Assembly (NCBI RefSeq): GCF_036365525.1
Contig: NC_090399.1
Coordinates: forward strand, 20,098,529-20,162,528
Direction of reading: 5' to 3'
Source: Heterodontus francisci
Lineage: Eukaryota
DNA length: 64,000 nt
A model generated the notes under the pieces. The model was not told where the DNA came from. It saw nothing but the letters and a program-made list of their open reading frames with translations, and searched no databases. Below, piece after piece: positions 30,396 to 45,942 of the stretch (the first letter of the stretch is position 1; each line of letters starts with the position of its first letter). A program made the translations under genes and the position numbers.

Positions 30396-33300
30396 TTGTT
30401 GAATAAAGTAAGTGAAATCAAACTTCAATTAATTGCCTGGCATTTTCTTTGCAACTTTCACAATGTCTTTTAAAGTTCTAAGGGCAACACATCCCACAGT
30501 TTGGAAGAGTCCATTTGATTTATAAATTCCAACAAGTATTTGAACAAGTTGAGGAGGCAGAATCATCCCCTTCAGAATCTCTGGTTACGGTTGTTTATCC
30601 GGTTATTAATGTCCACGCACTTTGTAAGCCGAATTGGAGGATGATGTGACATAGCAGAGCGCCTTGACAGGTTCAAATAATAAAGATCTTTCAACACACT
30701 GACATCCGAATTTGGAGCAGGAGTAGGCCTGTCATTCCTTCAAGCCTGCTCCGCCATTTGATAAGATCATGGCAGATCTGGTTATGGCCTCAAATTTCCT
30801 GTCTACCTGATGTAACGCTGACTCCCTTATCAATCAGGATTCTATCTAAAACAGCACCTCAAGAGTCAGATCACCATGAAATACAATGGGATATTGTGTT
30901 TGATGGCAGGTGTTATGGAATATAAATATAGAGATTTAGTGGAGAATCTCTCCCAGACTTTTGTGAGACCAAACCCGCAGTACTTTGTGCTGTTTTGGAC
31001 TCAACACTGTTGGCCAATTTGGATGTAATAGTGAGGACACAGCGTAGTAAACTCACTAGCAAGATGTCGGACATGAATAAATCCAAATATGAAAAATGAG
31101 TTCGTTCTCAATCAGAAGAGAAGAGATTTCAGGCTGAATTAATAGAGATGGTTGCAGTAATGAAAGCCTGGAGCAGAATAGATAGATGCAACGATTGATG
31201 GGTCTATCAGCAGTGAACATAGATCTTGAGAGTAAATGAAAGAGATTTAGGACAGAGAACAGAAGAAACTTTGTGACACCTAGAATTGTGAAGCTTTGAC
31301 TTGGATTTTTGGTGTTATTGATTGAAGCAGAGACTGTGACAACGTTAACGGGTTTGATATGATGTTTAAAGACCAATAAATAAAGTAATATTGGAGCAGT
31401 GCGACCAGATATGATTAAAACTATTGCTTATGTAGATGACAAATACAGACGTGGGTTGATCTGCCCCAACGACCTGCTTTCGTGTTGCAATTTCTATGAA
31501 ATTCATTTTTTCGTGCGGTAATTGATTTGTTTTCTTCTGCTGGCAAGACTTCATGTTTGGCCAATTCCTTGCAGCCCTGAGGATGTGATGGCCAGCCTTC
31601 AATTTTGCCTGCTGCTCTCCTTCTGATGGTGCAGCAGCGATGATGCCAGGAAGGGAATCCCAGGATACAGATACAGCGACCATGAACAAATTGTGACATA
31701 TGTCTAAGCTAGAATGGTATGTGACTTACAAATGATGATGTTCCAATGACATTTTGTCCCTGTGTTTCTCGGTGGGAGAGGTTACAGGTGAGGAAGGTGC
31801 TGTCTAATTAAACTTGATGGTTTGCTGCAGTGCATCCGATAAACTGTATTTTCAGGAACCATTGTGTGTCAGCTGCAGAGGGAAGGACACTGAGCTCAGG
31901 GACATGGGCACTGATGAAGGGAACTGCTCTGTCCCGTATGAGATCGAGCTTCTTGAGTTGTATAGTTCCTGCACCCATCCTGTCGATTGGTCTATATTCC
32001 CTCACACACCTGACATGTGGCCTTTACTTGATGTTGAGGATTTGGAACGGGATCGGGGTGAAGGGAGAGGTGCGAGCGGATGTGTGCCACTCTGAGACGC
32101 TGTGGTACTGATAGTTAGCGGGTAAAACAATATCAAATTGATGCAGTACGTATTGCTCTTCTGAGATTTCAACTGAAGAAATGGGTTGCAGCAAAGTAGA
32201 GGAAGTTTCTTCAGTCTCCATTTAAGCTGTGCTCCAGCTGACCTCAGCGTGTCTCCACGCAAAACTGTGAAAATTCTTGGCAATGCTTACAAGCTCAATC
32301 AGGCTGATCATGTAAGACATTCTATTCTCTCACTAATAGTGAATCTTTTACAAAGGCAATGAATAAAACGGATCTGGTGGCTACCTTAACACGGTGCAGG
32401 GTTGGCACCCCAACGTTCTCCCGACGTCGGGTTCCCGACCCCCAGAAGGAAAATCCTTTTCACCAAAAGGAGGCACGGTTGACTTGGCAACAAGTCCACT
32501 GTCACACTGAGGCCCTGTCACTAACTGAAAAACGACAGGTGGGAAACCTTCCAGCGCTCTCGACAAGTCTTTTCTTTTCCCCTTGCAGAACCTGCGTTTC
32601 CAGTTTTTTTTTTTAACTTTCTGTCGTTTGGAAATCCCACAGACGATGTTCCAATCTTCATTCTCAATATGGATGGGATAACCAGCGGGATTCCTGCAGA
32701 AATAATTTGCCTATCCCTCTCCACGTTATGGCAGGAGATGGGGAGAACCCACCCACAACCACATCCTCTCCCACCCATTGGAAATTCCATCCCTCAAAAA
32801 TATTTCTTCTGGCAGAATATTTCGCAGCTGTGTCATATTGTTCTTGTATTTGACAGAGAGTTGGACCTTGTGATTGAGAGACTGCAGATATGTTTCAGGC
32901 CGTTGACCCAATATAAATGGCCTCCTTCATTTTGCAGCACATCTCATGACCTTGGGTTTCTACTTGCTTTTGGCTTGACCAAATGTTCTCGTTTCGCCCT
33001 CGTTCCTGCTCTCGAGCAGTGGCTTTTACTGAATTTTCTTTTCTTCACATAACTCAGATATGACATGATCACCCATTTTGCAGCATTATCCAAATTTAAA
33101 ATTGCACCGCCACCACCGCACAACTCCCCTCATCCCTCGCTCAGTTCCAATCCTAGCAGAAACCATTCTGTCCTTTTTCAGCGTGGTAGCATTCTTGCCT
33201 CCTCGTCAGAACGTCACCAGAGACTTAAATGCACAATCTAGGCTGCCGCTCCAGTGAGGGAGTGCTGCACTGTCGTAGGTGCTATCTTGTGGATGAGACA

Positions 33301-35469
33301 TTAAACCAAGGCCCTGCCTGCCCTCTCAGGTGGACGGAAAAGACGCTGTGTCACTATTTTAAGGACTTCACCCCTTCCTCGGCTCTTCGGCTGCTGAAAC
33401 CCTCATCCAGGACTTTGTTACCTCTAGACTTGACTATTCCAATGTTCTTACGACCAGTCTTCCACATTCTTCCCTCATAAATTTGAGGGCATCCGAAACC
33501 TTGCTCCCCACGTCTGAACTCACACCAAGTCCTGTTCACCAACACCCCTGTGTTTGCTTACTCATTTTGGCTATCAATTTAGTAATAAATTGATTTTAAA
33601 ATTCCCATCCTTGTTTTCAAATGCCACCATGGTCTCACCCCTCCCTATCTCTGTAATCTCCTACAGCCCCACAACCCTCTGGGATATCTACACTGCCCGA
33701 CCTGAACCCGATGGGACCTGACATGTGTCTGGTCACTCTTCTGGGCCCGTTTCTCGGGATTATGTCGGGTCTGAGTCAGACACACACAGTATTAATTGGA
33801 CTTGAAAGGTTGTTTAAAAGGATTAAGATTGGAGCCATGAAGTCAGTGATTGTTTGGTCACAAGGTAAACAGAAACCCATGGAGTTGTGCCCATTCAGGT
33901 TGTGCCACGCTGTACCAGTATCCGCATTGCTTAAAATAAAGACCTCAATTGCCCGAAGGCTCAGAAAATATCATTATACATTAACTAGACTCCTGCTTTA
34001 CAGGTCGAAATACTTTCTGTAAGTTTATCCAGTGAGCAGCTGAGATGCCGAGACCAGGAAGGTCCTGAGTGATTAATTATTATTACAGTACTGTACTGTA
34101 TGTGTGGTAGAATGGAGTCCTGACAGTGATCATTTTATATTTTTTTATATAAATACTGTATATTTTATAATAATTAATCTCTCAGGACCTTCCTGGTCTC
34201 TGCATCTCAGCTGCTCACTGGATAAACTTGCAGCAAGTATTTCAACTGAAAAAGTGAAAAACAGATTCGGAGTTGGAAGGTAGGTAAAGTGAACATTCCG
34301 TTGGTCGGGTTGGGTCGGACTCGGGTCGGGTTGGGCATGGGAAAAAATGGAAGGACTCAGACCAGGTTGGGCTCGGGTATGATGTGGTTCTGTTGTTTTT
34401 TTTTTCAGACCCGAGCAGGCCTTTCATCTACGCTTCTCTGATTCTGGCCTCGTGAGCTCCAACATTGGTGGCTGTGACTTCAGGTGCCTAGCCCCAAGCT
34501 CTGGAATTCCCTCACTCAACCTCTCCACTTCTCTCTCCTCCTTAAAGAAATTCATTAAAAACCTACCACTCTGACCAAGCTTTAGGTCATCAGCTATAAT
34601 ATCATCTTATGTCACTTGGTCAAAGTTTGCTTATAATGCTCTTGTGAAGTGCCTTGTGATGTTATATTACATTAAAGGTGCAATATAAATGCAAGTTGTT
34701 TTTGTTGTTGTTGAAGAAGACTGGGGGTGTTCTCCCCAACTTCACTAAAACAGATGATCTAGTCATTTATCTCATTGCTGTTTGTGGGAGTTTGCTGCTG
34801 TGTGTAAACTGGATGCTGCATTGTCTACATTTCAAGAGTGACTGCATTTCAAAAAGGAGTCGAATTGGCTGTGATGCACTTTTGGATGTCCTGGGGTGGT
34901 GAAAGCTGATTTATAAATGGAAATCTTTCAGGTCTTGCTTTACTGAAGACCAGCCTGGTCTGAAATGCTCAGGAAGATGACTGTGCACACAAACGAACAA
35001 TTCAAAGGTCAGGTGCATCAGAAGGGAAAAACTCAGGTAGCACAGACACTGAGAGGTATATGAAGCAGGAAAGCAAATTTGAATCAAAACAAGTGAAAGT
35101 GTATTAGCACACTTCCAAATAGAAATAATCAGAATAAGTATAGACAATCAAAACTGTTAGGAATCAATTCACAGAAGTCATCCAAATACTTGGTTCAATT
35201 ACAGGCATCACACATGCACACTCACACACACTCACACATAGAGTAACACACACAGGTTGGAGTGTGTCACAAAGAGTAACACACGGGGCGGAGTGAGTCT
35301 CTCACACACACAGATTAACACAAAGGCTGGAGTGTGTCAAACACACACAGAGTAACACAAAGGCTGGAGTGTGTCACACAACATGACACGCAGGTTGGAA
35401 TTTTCAAACACACTTAGCAACATACAGGAAGGGTCAGGCACACAAACAGAGTAACACATAGGCTGGGGT

Positions 35470-38400
35470 CAGTCTTTAAACATTAATCTTTATTGCATAA
35501 TAACTATATACACTCCACACTAGCCTGTGTGTCTCCTTCAAAAGCCTTGCTGTAACTGTTCTTGAGTCTCTCCCACATGATTTCTTAACTCATCCTGGTG
35601 GGCAGTAATCTTTACGTTCTCTCAGGATTAACCCTTTGATACCCTTATACTACATTTTCCCCACGTTTTTAGCCTAAGATATATTTAGACACATTCATTT
35701 TTTCATTTACACGCTATCCTATCTCCTCCCAAGTCTCTGACTTCATAGATTCAACCTATCAGGAGGCTTCACAACTCTCCCTAATCTTGTTGGTCGTCAG
35801 ATGTGAAAGATTGATAATCTTTCTCTGATCCCTTGTTTCTTGACTTGGACGGTCTTCGTTGAGTTTTGTAGCATTTGGCACTTTTTGATTTTTCGGTTCA
35901 TCATCTGAGTCGTCTAACTGTGTAACTAACGTCTTTGATGTAAAGGAATAAGATTCCTTCTATTTCTCCATATAGGATCTTCTTGAGTCCATAGTAGAGA
36001 AGATCGCTGTTGATTCTCATCTTTCTGGAGAATTACCCTGTCTCTCTTTTGGTCTCGTACCCATACTTTTTGCCCTTCTGACAACTTTGGTAGGTTTCAG
36101 GTACGGAACCTTCTGTTATGATAATGGGTCTGCTTGTTTCAATATGACTTTTCTATGTCCAGTATTTTCTGATAATCCTTGCCTTGCAATCCTGGAAGTA
36201 ACTTCTTGCATAGAATTGAAAATTGCTTTTGAAGTTTTCATTAAGAGTTGTGATGGCGCTAATCTGCACAATAATGGAATAGTTCTGTATGTCAGTCGTG
36301 CTAATTGGAAATCTCTTTTTTTACCATCAACATAATTTTAATGGTTCTGACTGCTCGCTCTGCTTCTCCATTTGATTCTGGATACTTAGGAGAGCTTGTT
36401 AGGTGAACAAATCCACATTATTCTGCAAAGTGCGTGAAGTAATCGTTTGCAAATTGCAGTCCATTATCAGATAATATGTGATCAGGTATACCAGGTGTTG
36501 TGAAACTTCTTGTAAAACTCTGATGACTGCTTCAGTTGTTGTTGTGTTGTCCATCTTAACTTCGATCCATCCTGAGAAGTAATCAACTATAATTAGCTAG
36601 GCTCTTCCTTCAAAGAAGAACAAATCCACGGTCTAGTTGAGAATTGGGTCGAAATTACAGGTTCTCTTTGATCTTGTCTTCCCCAGCTTCTTCCCCAGTT
36701 CTCTGTCCGTGTAGCACTCCTGTGAAACTTACTGCATTTCTGTTTATCTCTCTGCTAATCTTTGAGCAGCACGGCGGGCTGTGAAATATTGCATTGTGTG
36801 GGCTCTGTAACGAAATCTAGACTCTCTGCAAAACTCAGGTCAGGGTATGGGGCTCTCCCTCTGTCCTCGCTCCTGGATTATTCTCGTTTATCTACTTCAA
36901 CTTTCTCAATAATATGAAGATCAATAAAAGTTCTTCTACTTAAGTCTGCGAACTCCTGATTTCTTAGGACATACAGTGTTTCTAATATTTACTTTCCATT
37001 ATATTGAAGCGTTGCTTGTAACTTCCCCTTTACTTCAAGTACAAGACCTCCTGGGCCATGCAACTGAGTTTCTATTGCTTGCTCCGGTGTCAAGTTTGAA
37101 ATGTGTCTGCTGACCAAAATGCTCGTTTCAGATCATTGATCTCACCCAGAAAATATTTCGATTGGTCTGCTGCAGGAGGTTCTTTAACTTCATTTATCTC
37201 TCTATTCTTAACTACTTTTCCTTTAGAGGTTGATGTGGTCACGATTTTATTTCAGCATAATCTTACTGAGATGCCCTATTTTTCTGTAATAAAGGCATTC
37301 TGCTCTATTGGCGGGACACTGTCCATGCCTGTGGGACGTTTTTGCAACACAATGTTTAAGGACATCTTTTGCTCTGCCCCCTAGTGTACCTGTTTTCCTG
37401 GTGCCTCTTGTTCAGCCGTCTGGTGAAGGAACGGAACTGTTACAGGAGGATTCCTGTACCGGGGTCTTTCCTCACCTCGTATGATTGGTCTGTTATTGCT
37501 GCACTAATTGAAGTCGGGAACAAAAGCTTTCACAACGTGTTCAAATTTTGTTGATTTTATCAATACGCTGCTATTATATCATCAGCTACAGCACCAATTA
37601 AATACAATTATTTATTAATTTGCTCTGCTTCAGACCTGCTGTCCAATTTCAATACAATTCTATATCTGAGAAATATTTTCCTCTATAGTACCCAGTTTTG
37701 AGTCTGATTGGATCCCTTGTGACTTTTGAAACTCTCTGGAAGTCCCAATTTTTGATCCATTTTTAAAAATTTACAGACTTTTTAGCGTGTTTGCCTTTAA
37801 TAAACTCTTTTTCTCACACTAGCTTGCTTTGATGGAGTGTATCAGGTGCTTGAGAGAGTTCCTGATGTTTTAAATAGGCTTTCTAGGGGTTTACCCTTTG
37901 CTTCAGCAGCTCACTTATATCTTTATTTATTCTGAGATACAGCACTGAAACAGGCCCTTTGGCCCACCGAGTCTGTTCCAATCAACAACCACCCATTGAT
38001 ACTAACTCTACACTGCCCCCAGGTTTTCTACCACATCCCCACCATTCTCCTACCACCTACCTACACTCGGGGCAATTTACAATGGCCAATTTACCTATCA
38101 ACCTGCAAGTCTTTTGGAGGTGGGAGGAAATCGGAACACCCGGCGGAAACCCACGCAGACACAGGGAGAACTTGTAAACTCTGCACAGGCAGTACTCAGA
38201 ATCGAACCCGGGTCGCTGGAGCTGTGAGGCTGCAGTGCTAACCACGGCGCCACTGTGCCACTGACAGCTGACACTGCTGTCTATTGGAATTAACAGAGCT
38301 GTTCCGTGGACAGTTTCAGGGTTTTCCCCTTTTCTTTTTAAGACCACGAGATACTTCAAGCTTGACAGCTTTAATTATTTTTTCAGGCTTGGCTGCATTA

Positions 38401-39077
38401 ATGGAGATTCTGCTGTATTCGGGGTTTCCCTGCCCTTTTTTTCTCTTCAGTATGGGACTTTTCCCGTACATTTTTTTCAGTTCGTGCACTTTTCAGGGTT
38501 CTCTCCACTCTCCACCCTTGCATTCAGCCTGAGTGAGGGATGGGTTGACCCCATTGCTTTTTTCTTTCAATCTCACACTGAGACTTTGGAAAAAATAATT
38601 TTTTAAAACTCTTCAAAGGCTTTTTTTTAAACCAGGATTTCTTAGGCGTCAGCACAATAATTCAGCCGATTGCTTGTTTGCAGCCATGCTTCCATTCTAT
38701 GGAGCTTCTCTCAGCCTTCAAAGATCTGTTGTTTCTTTTTATCTTTTCAGATACTTATTTTAAATTCTCTCTTCTGGCTGAAGGATGCTAGTTACTTCAA
38801 ACTTTTTCTTCTGAGTGTAGAATCCCTCCACTGTTCACCATATTATATGTTTGGTTCTTCATGCTGCCACCGTCAGAGAGGTTCTTAGACTGTAGTGTTT
38901 AAACATTAATCTTTATTGCATTGTAAGGATATACACTTCACACCAGCCTGTGTGTCTCCTTCAATAACCACGCTGTAACTGTTCCCAAACCTCTCCCACA
39001 TAATCCCTTACATCATCATGATGGGCCGCAATCTTTACGTTCTCTCAAGATTAACCCTTTGATACATTTAGATGACA
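35470..39077 (-). mobile_element. Decayed Gypsy LTR element, unit 2 copy (about 87 bp longer near 37620-37707)
   Basis: Colinear with 14546-18053, with LTR ends at 35654 and 39077. Confidence 0.85.
37921..38259 (-). mobile_element. HE1-like V-SINE, unit 2 copy
   Basis: Matches 16900-17237. Confidence 0.85.
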
Positions 39078-39437
39078 AAGCACACAGGCTGAAGTGTGTC
39101 ACATACACACAGAGTAACACACAGGCTGGAATGAGTCACAAATGCAAAGTAACACCACAGGCTGGAGTCAGTCTCTCTCTCACTCACAGAGTAACACACA
39201 GGCTGGGGTTTGTCACATACACAGAGTAACACACAGGCTGGAGTTTGTCACATACACAGAGTAACACACAGGCTGGAGTATGTCACATACACAGAGTAAC
39301 ACACAGGCTGGGGTATGTCACATACACAGAGGAACACACAGGCTGGAATGAGTCACAAATGCAAAGTAACACACAGGCTGGAGTCAGTCTCACTCACACA
39401 CACACACAGAGAAACACACAGGCTGGAGTCAGTCTCC

Positions 39438-39477
<40 letters not shown>

Positions 39478-39507
39478 CACACATGCTAGAGTGGGTCACA
39501 CACACAG
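39078..39507 (+). repeat. CA-rich minisatellite, shorter unit 2 tract (second short tract at ~40073-40240)
   Basis: Same ~35-bp unit with fewer copies. Confidence 0.9.
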
Positions 39508-42500
39508 GGAATGTATCCATCTTGTGGATTTTCTGACGGTAGAATTGGATTTGGGCGGCACTTCCGCTCCCTCGTTTTTTGCCTGTTGCCACCCGATTAC
39601 AAGTGGAAATCAAAGTTTCAGCAGCGGGCATGGGAGATACATGCGATCATGTGGTGTGGAATACTTTTCATGGTGGAGCCTGCTGTCATTCAGGGAAGCA
39701 TTATGCATGGCATTGTTATAAATAATCCTTCAGTGCAATCAGGGAGGTTCATCAACGAGGCCAGTCTTTTTCAGAGACTTCTGGGCTTTTCCCCTTAAAT
39801 CTTACCCACCCTCACCCATCTTTACACCTGTCGCAAACAAAGGCTATGGACCCTGGCAACATTACGGCAAGAGCACTGAGGACCTGTGCTCCAGAACTTG
39901 CCGCGCCCCCAGACAAGCAGATTTGTGATGGTGCGGGGGTGCGTGGAGGGGTGGGGTGGGTGTGGGTGGGGGGGGAATAGTAACCGCAGTGAGACAGGGA
40001 CACCTGCAGATGGAGATGCTGAGCCATTGCTGATGGGAAGGTTTGGTGTTACTGAGAGTTTGACAGTTTCCAAACACAGAGTAACACGCTGGCTGGAGTG
40101 TGTCACAGGCACAGAGTAACACACTGGTTGGAGTGTGTCACACGCACACACAGAATAACACACTGGCTGAAGTGTGTCACACACACAGAATAACACACTG
40201 GCTGGAGTGTGTACACACACAGAGTAACACACAGGCTGGTGTACGTCAAGAATATCAATGTGCTACCAAGAAACAACTGAAGACACTGGATGCTGCAAAG
40301 GCAATGGGCCGTGACAATGTTCCGGCAATAGTACTGAAGACCAGTACCTGATATGAAATGTGACCCGTGGTAAGATGGAATTTCTTCTGGAAATCGGTTT
40401 TGCAGCATGCATTTCCTGGAATATTTCCAGAATGTGTTGTGACAAGGTCCCAGGCTCATAAGGTTAAACAAGATGAGATGGATTCAGATGTTTTCGAGGA
40501 CAATTCCGATGTTTGGTTGGCTGAAATATTTTTCAGGGATTTGGATGAGGACATTGGTGTTAAAGGCTCCAAGGTTAACAATGGGGAATTGTTTAGCAGA
40601 TCTCCCGTGATTTTGGGACACAACAGGCAGATCCTGATTTTAGGAGCTTGTCTCAGGCGACCTGTTTTGAGCCACAGACTGAAAAGTTTTATTAGTGTTA
40701 TTACGTCAAGAAAGATGAGGAAGTGGAGACCTCTCCGCTGATGAGGATTGGGCTGTAATCCATCAAATGGTTGTCCCTCCTTGCTATCATAGTGCAATTT
40801 AGAGAATTGCCAATGAAATCCCAGTCACAGGTCATTTGTGTTTTTCAAAAACTCAGGTTAGGGTAATGACATATTGTTACTAGCAAAGCTGCATCAGGAT
40901 GTGGTTCACTATTGTAAGACATGCCACACATGTCAAATGGTTGGGATCCACAGCCTATATCTTTACCTTTGCCACCTATCTCAATAAAAGCAGATTTCCT
41001 TTCATTATCAAAAGTCTTTTCTTTCCAATTTCTCTGAAAGTTTCCAAATTGAGGCCTGTGACAACTGCTTTGTGAATCAATTCATAATCATGTGCTACTA
41101 CTGCGGCTTCCTTTATTTTACAAACTTCATTTTTTAAAATTTGTTTGTGGGATGTGGGCGTTGCTGGCTAGGCCAACATTTATTGCCCATCCCGAAATGC
41201 CTTTGAACTGAGTGGCTTGCGAGGCCATTTCAAAATGCTTTTTTGTGTCTGGAGTCAGATGGAGGTCAGACCACGTAAGGATGGCAGATTTCCTTCCGAA
41301 AAGGACATTAGTTAAACAGATGGGTTTTTATAACAATCGACAATGGTTTCATGGTCACAATTAGACTAGCTTTTTAATTCCAGAATTGTGAAGAAAATTC
41401 AAACTTCACCTTCTCCTATGGTGGGATTCGATCCCATCTCACCAGATTTTTAGTTTGTGCTCTGGAATACTAGTTTAATAACATTAACACTCTGCCGCGA
41501 ACTCCCCCATGTTGTTTCATTTGGAAACTTATTCCTGAACGAATACTGTGTTTCAAATCTTCCATCAGAATTACTTCCCTCAGGCTCTCAAAGTCTTGTG
41601 CAATCTTTATTGACCTACACCACCGATCAAATTCAATCGTGTCTTTCAAAAGGAAATAGGATAAATACTTGAAGGGAAATGAAATGGGAGTAGAGGGGGA
41701 AAGGACCGGATGTGGGACTAGATAAATTGCTCTTGCAGAGAGTAGGCACGGGCATGATGGGCCGAATCACCTCCTTCACGAGGAGTGAGAGCGCCCATTA
41801 AGGCCCTATCACTCACTAATCGAGGAAGAGGTCTTGCAAATAAAGATGAGTGTTGAGGCTGGAGGACACATCCTGCAGGTTTCTTCTCTAATTTACAGTG
41901 TGCCCGTTCTGAACGAAATCTCACACTGACACACAATGCATAGGAAAATTCAGCTGCTTTCAGCTGACGCTCATCAGTCTTTGCTTGACCTCAACCCTAA
42001 ATACTAATTCTTGACCTTCTGTTCTATTTCAGGGCAATGGAATGTGCCCAGAACCTGAGGTGACGGGAAATGGGTTGCACTTGTGATCATGCGGAAGCAC
42101 CCACGGTTACTTCCGCAAGCATCAGCTCAGAGACTTGCATTGCCAGTACTTTAGTTGGTATGCAAGATGGTTATGGACTGTTCGACTCAAGGAGCAGCAG
42201 AGAATGGAAAATGGGTAGCGGGATAGGATGGTTAGTAAGGGGCTTTCTGCAGGAAGAGCTAACATCTTAAAGAGCACAGCTGAAGATTTCGAGGACACAG
42301 TCAACATTCAAAAACTGCTTCCTATTTACCAGGGCTTTTCCAGTGCTTTGGGCAGCCTGCCTGCGATTCGACACACAATGACAGAGAGCATGGAAAAATC
42401 CAGCTCCAGATGTTGGAGAGGGGGTGAGGGGGTGGGGGGGGGGGTGGGGGGTGTGTGTGTTTGTGAGGGGTGGGGTGGGCGTGTGTATGGATCATTCAGA

Positions 42501-43652
42501 ACGGTTTTAACACCTTAATGTCGAGAATGGAGTGAGACAATTGAAGTCAACGGAACTGAGTATTGGAAGGGGCGCATAAAGGGCAGTCGATTCCATGCCA
42601 CCCACATTGCTTTCATGCCAAAGGCAAACTATTATCCTGTCGATATATAGACTGCTTTAGGGAAATAGCAGATCCACCTAGTATTCCTGCTGATTTATAT
42701 TATTGCTTTTTCGTAATGCATCAAAGACAGCCTGCGCTACAGTTAAACTGCTTCTTACAATACAGACATCAACAACGACCTGCGGGGCACAAACCAGGCA
42801 GAACCACTTTTGCTGCCTTTTCTTCCAGATGCCGATATTCAGTGCTATTGAAGTCAAGTAGATTGAATATCGGCAGGGGCGTGTAACGAGCCACCAATGC
42901 AATGCCACCTGCTTTGTCAATATCCACTCCCGTGTACTTGTATGGCATGTTTAATGCAGAAAACCATCACAAAGCACTTCAGAGAGGCCGAATCAAATAA
43001 TAATAGATATTGAACCAAGAGTAATTCTGAGAATAGGATTGGTCAAAAAGGTGGGTGTTAGGGACTGATTGAAGCAGTTGAGGGATAGTAAGGTGGAGCG
43101 GTTTAGAGCAGCAATTCCACAGAGCGGGTGTCTGTGGCTCCAGGTTTGACAGCAAGAGGGGATCGAATGGGGAGTCTTTGCTGAAGAGGTCGTAATTGAA
43201 GAGGGAGGACAGTTGGGATGTTAGGCATGGAGCAGGTCACAGGGATAGAAAGAGAGAATAGGCTGAAGTTCAGGGAGGGTGGCTAATCGGAACCTGGACA
43301 GCAATAATCGGCGTAGCTTTGACGTTAGACCATTGTGTAAAACCTGTGGTACGGACTGCACCACTCGGGAAGAAGATCTCCTGATTTTATGTTCCAACAA
43401 AGTCGAAATTACCCCACTTAGCTCTGCTGGTGTCAAAGGCATGAACCAGGGTTTGAACGTCTGATGCATTGACGAAAAGCTGGAGTTCGACAACATTAAG
43501 ACGGTGAAACTTGTCGGTCTATATCCACTTCTCGGTTCAACCGAAACCCAATGTCCCATGAACGCTGAGCTGCTGCAATCAAAAAGCAGCAACGGAGCAA
43601 GAGTCTCAGAGGCGAGGATTTTTTCAGTCTGAGATTGCACACTGTATTTAAT

Positions 43653-43814
43653 TCTCTGGGGATTGGGGAGTTCACGTTAATTGCTGGTTTATGAAGAGAT
43701 GTAGTAACTTGTTTGTTTGAAAGCATCTAGCTAATGACACCGGTTCTGTGACCTCACTCTCTCACTGGACGATTGGCTCGTGTATAAATGAGGTTGTTTC
43801 AGTGCATTGCCTCG
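43653..43814 (+). promoter_or_regulatory. Core promoter of GPCR copy 3
   Basis: TATAAA at 43783-43788, ATTGG at 43772-43776, EBF-like site at 43653-43662. Confidence 0.7.
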
Positions 43815-43842
43815 GATCAACCGCTCCTAGTTTTTGGAGAAA

Positions 43843-43906
43843 ATGGGACGACAGGCACTTCCAATAGAAATGTTGTATCCGATTCTCGCAGTTATTGGCA
43901 TTCCTG
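43843..43906 (+). CDS. GPR139-like GPCR copy 3, coding exon 1
   Basis: ATG...CCT G|GTAAGT, with one synonymous change (CCG>CCA). Confidence 0.88.
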
Positions 43907-45942
43907 GTAAGTAATTCCAAACTATCCTGAAAGATTTAGTGCACCATTGCTAAACTGCATTATTATTTTCCCTGCGTGTTTTTGTTATTGTCGTTGTTGC
44001 CTTTGTGACGGTAATTTGCATTAGCCAGGTGGTAAAGTCGAGCATTCGATCGCTCGCCCATTGATGAGTTCGTCCGATTTTCGTTCCCTTTGATGTTTAT
44101 GTTAATGGCTCAGTCCTGTTCTATATCACTGGGCAGGCAGTCAATCCCTCCGCATTACAAAGTGAAAATGGACCCTGTGTCATTTGTACTGAGCTGTGGC
44201 TCTGTCGGTCGAAATCTCTGCTTTGAGTCGGATAATCTTACGTTTCCCTCCCATTTCAGTGAGTTGAGTTCAGACTGTAAGCTGCCATTTCGGTGCAATA
44301 TTGATGAAGTGATGCGATATTGTCGAATTATAGAATTGTTACTGCACAGAAGGAAACCATTCATCACGTCGTGTCCATGCCAGTTCTCAGCGAGTGCAGC
44401 ACAGCTCATCCCATTCCCCTGTCTTTCCCCCCGAGCCCAGCATTTTTCTCTTCAGATAAATATTCAATTCCCTTTTGAAAGCCACAGTGGATTCCAGATC
44501 CGAACCATTCACTGCGTAAGATAACTTTTCCTCCCCTTTGATTCTTTCACCAAACGCCTTAAATCTGTGTCCTCTGATTCTCGACCCTCCCGCCAATGGG
44601 AACAGTTTCTCTCTATCTATTCTGTCCTGTCCCCCTCATGATTTTGAATACCTCTATCAAATCTCCTCTCAATTATCTCTTCTTTAAGCAGAATAGTCCC
44701 AACAGAGCAGTAAATGAAGTCCCTCATCCCCAGACCATTTTGTAAATATTTTCTGCACTCTCTTCAATGCTTTCACGTCCTTCCTAAAGTGTGGTGCCCA
44801 GAATTGTATAGAATACTCCAGCTGAGGCCGAGCCAGTGTTTTATAATGGCCCGACATAACTTCCTTGCTTTTCTACTCTCTGCCACGATCTATAAAGCCC
44901 AGGATCCGTATTCCTTATTAACCAATTTCTCAACCTGCCCGATCACCTTCAACGATTTGTGCTCATACACCCGTCCCCCACATCCCCGCCAGAACCTTCT
45001 GCTCCTGAACCTTCTTTAGAATTGTTTATCCATTATTTTATATTGCCTTTCCTCATTCTTAAAATCATCTTTTTATGAGACGTTAAAAAATAACTGATTT
45101 AATTTTAATAAAAATGCAGAACTGGTTCAGCTGGATACAATCATCATACTGCTAAATGTTGAATTAAATCTCGAACTATTCACGTATGGGGTAATTTTCA
45201 CTTTGTATTAACATCAATGCGCAAAAAAGACGGAAGGGCTGTAAAACACGGGGCCCATTTGATATCAATTGCTTTTGTTTTACTTTGCACGGCAATGAAA
45301 GTTAAAAATGTTCCCAATGTTTCTATTTGCATTGAAAGGGAGATAAAACAGCATTAATCAGTAATAGGCAAGGAATGTTTATATGTTTTAACCTAATCGA
45401 ACCGGAAAAAAATGATGGCATTGGATACAACTCTGATTTTACCTGTCGCCCGATTTTCTTCTCTATTGAAGTCACTGTGAGCAACATTGGGCGGAACGAG
45501 CATCCCATAGAATCCGTCAGCATCCGGCCCAGCAAGTTACTTCCAAATGGCTCCCATTAATGGTTTCATATTAGAATATCATGAAGTTACCGCAGGGAAA
45601 AAATGTCTGGCAAGAAGATGGGGAAGTTTGCAGCAGCTGCTACGTGACAATTTATTCCAATCCAGGTTAACTATTAGCTATATTGTGCAATGGGTAATAT
45701 TGAATTCACCGCCCCTTGTACATTCAGCCTGTTACTCTCTTCCAATGACTTCCATGGGAAAAAAATGGATGGCCAATTAGATACCGCTATTTGACCCGGT
45801 CACACATGGTTAAAATTACCCCCGGTTCCTCCACCCCACAACTCTCAGCCTTATGATGCTTAACACCAGATTTCCAACTTGCTGTCAGTGTACATCTCTG
45901 TTCAATGTTTTGTTAAATTTCCTGTTTTTGCAATTCTCCCAG

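Larger units (their letters stand above)
23752..40235 (+). repeat. Tandem segmental unit 2 (16,484 bp; base unit without young CR1 insertions)
   Basis: Colinear with units 1 and 3, and carries the empty sites for both LINE insertions. Confidence 0.95.
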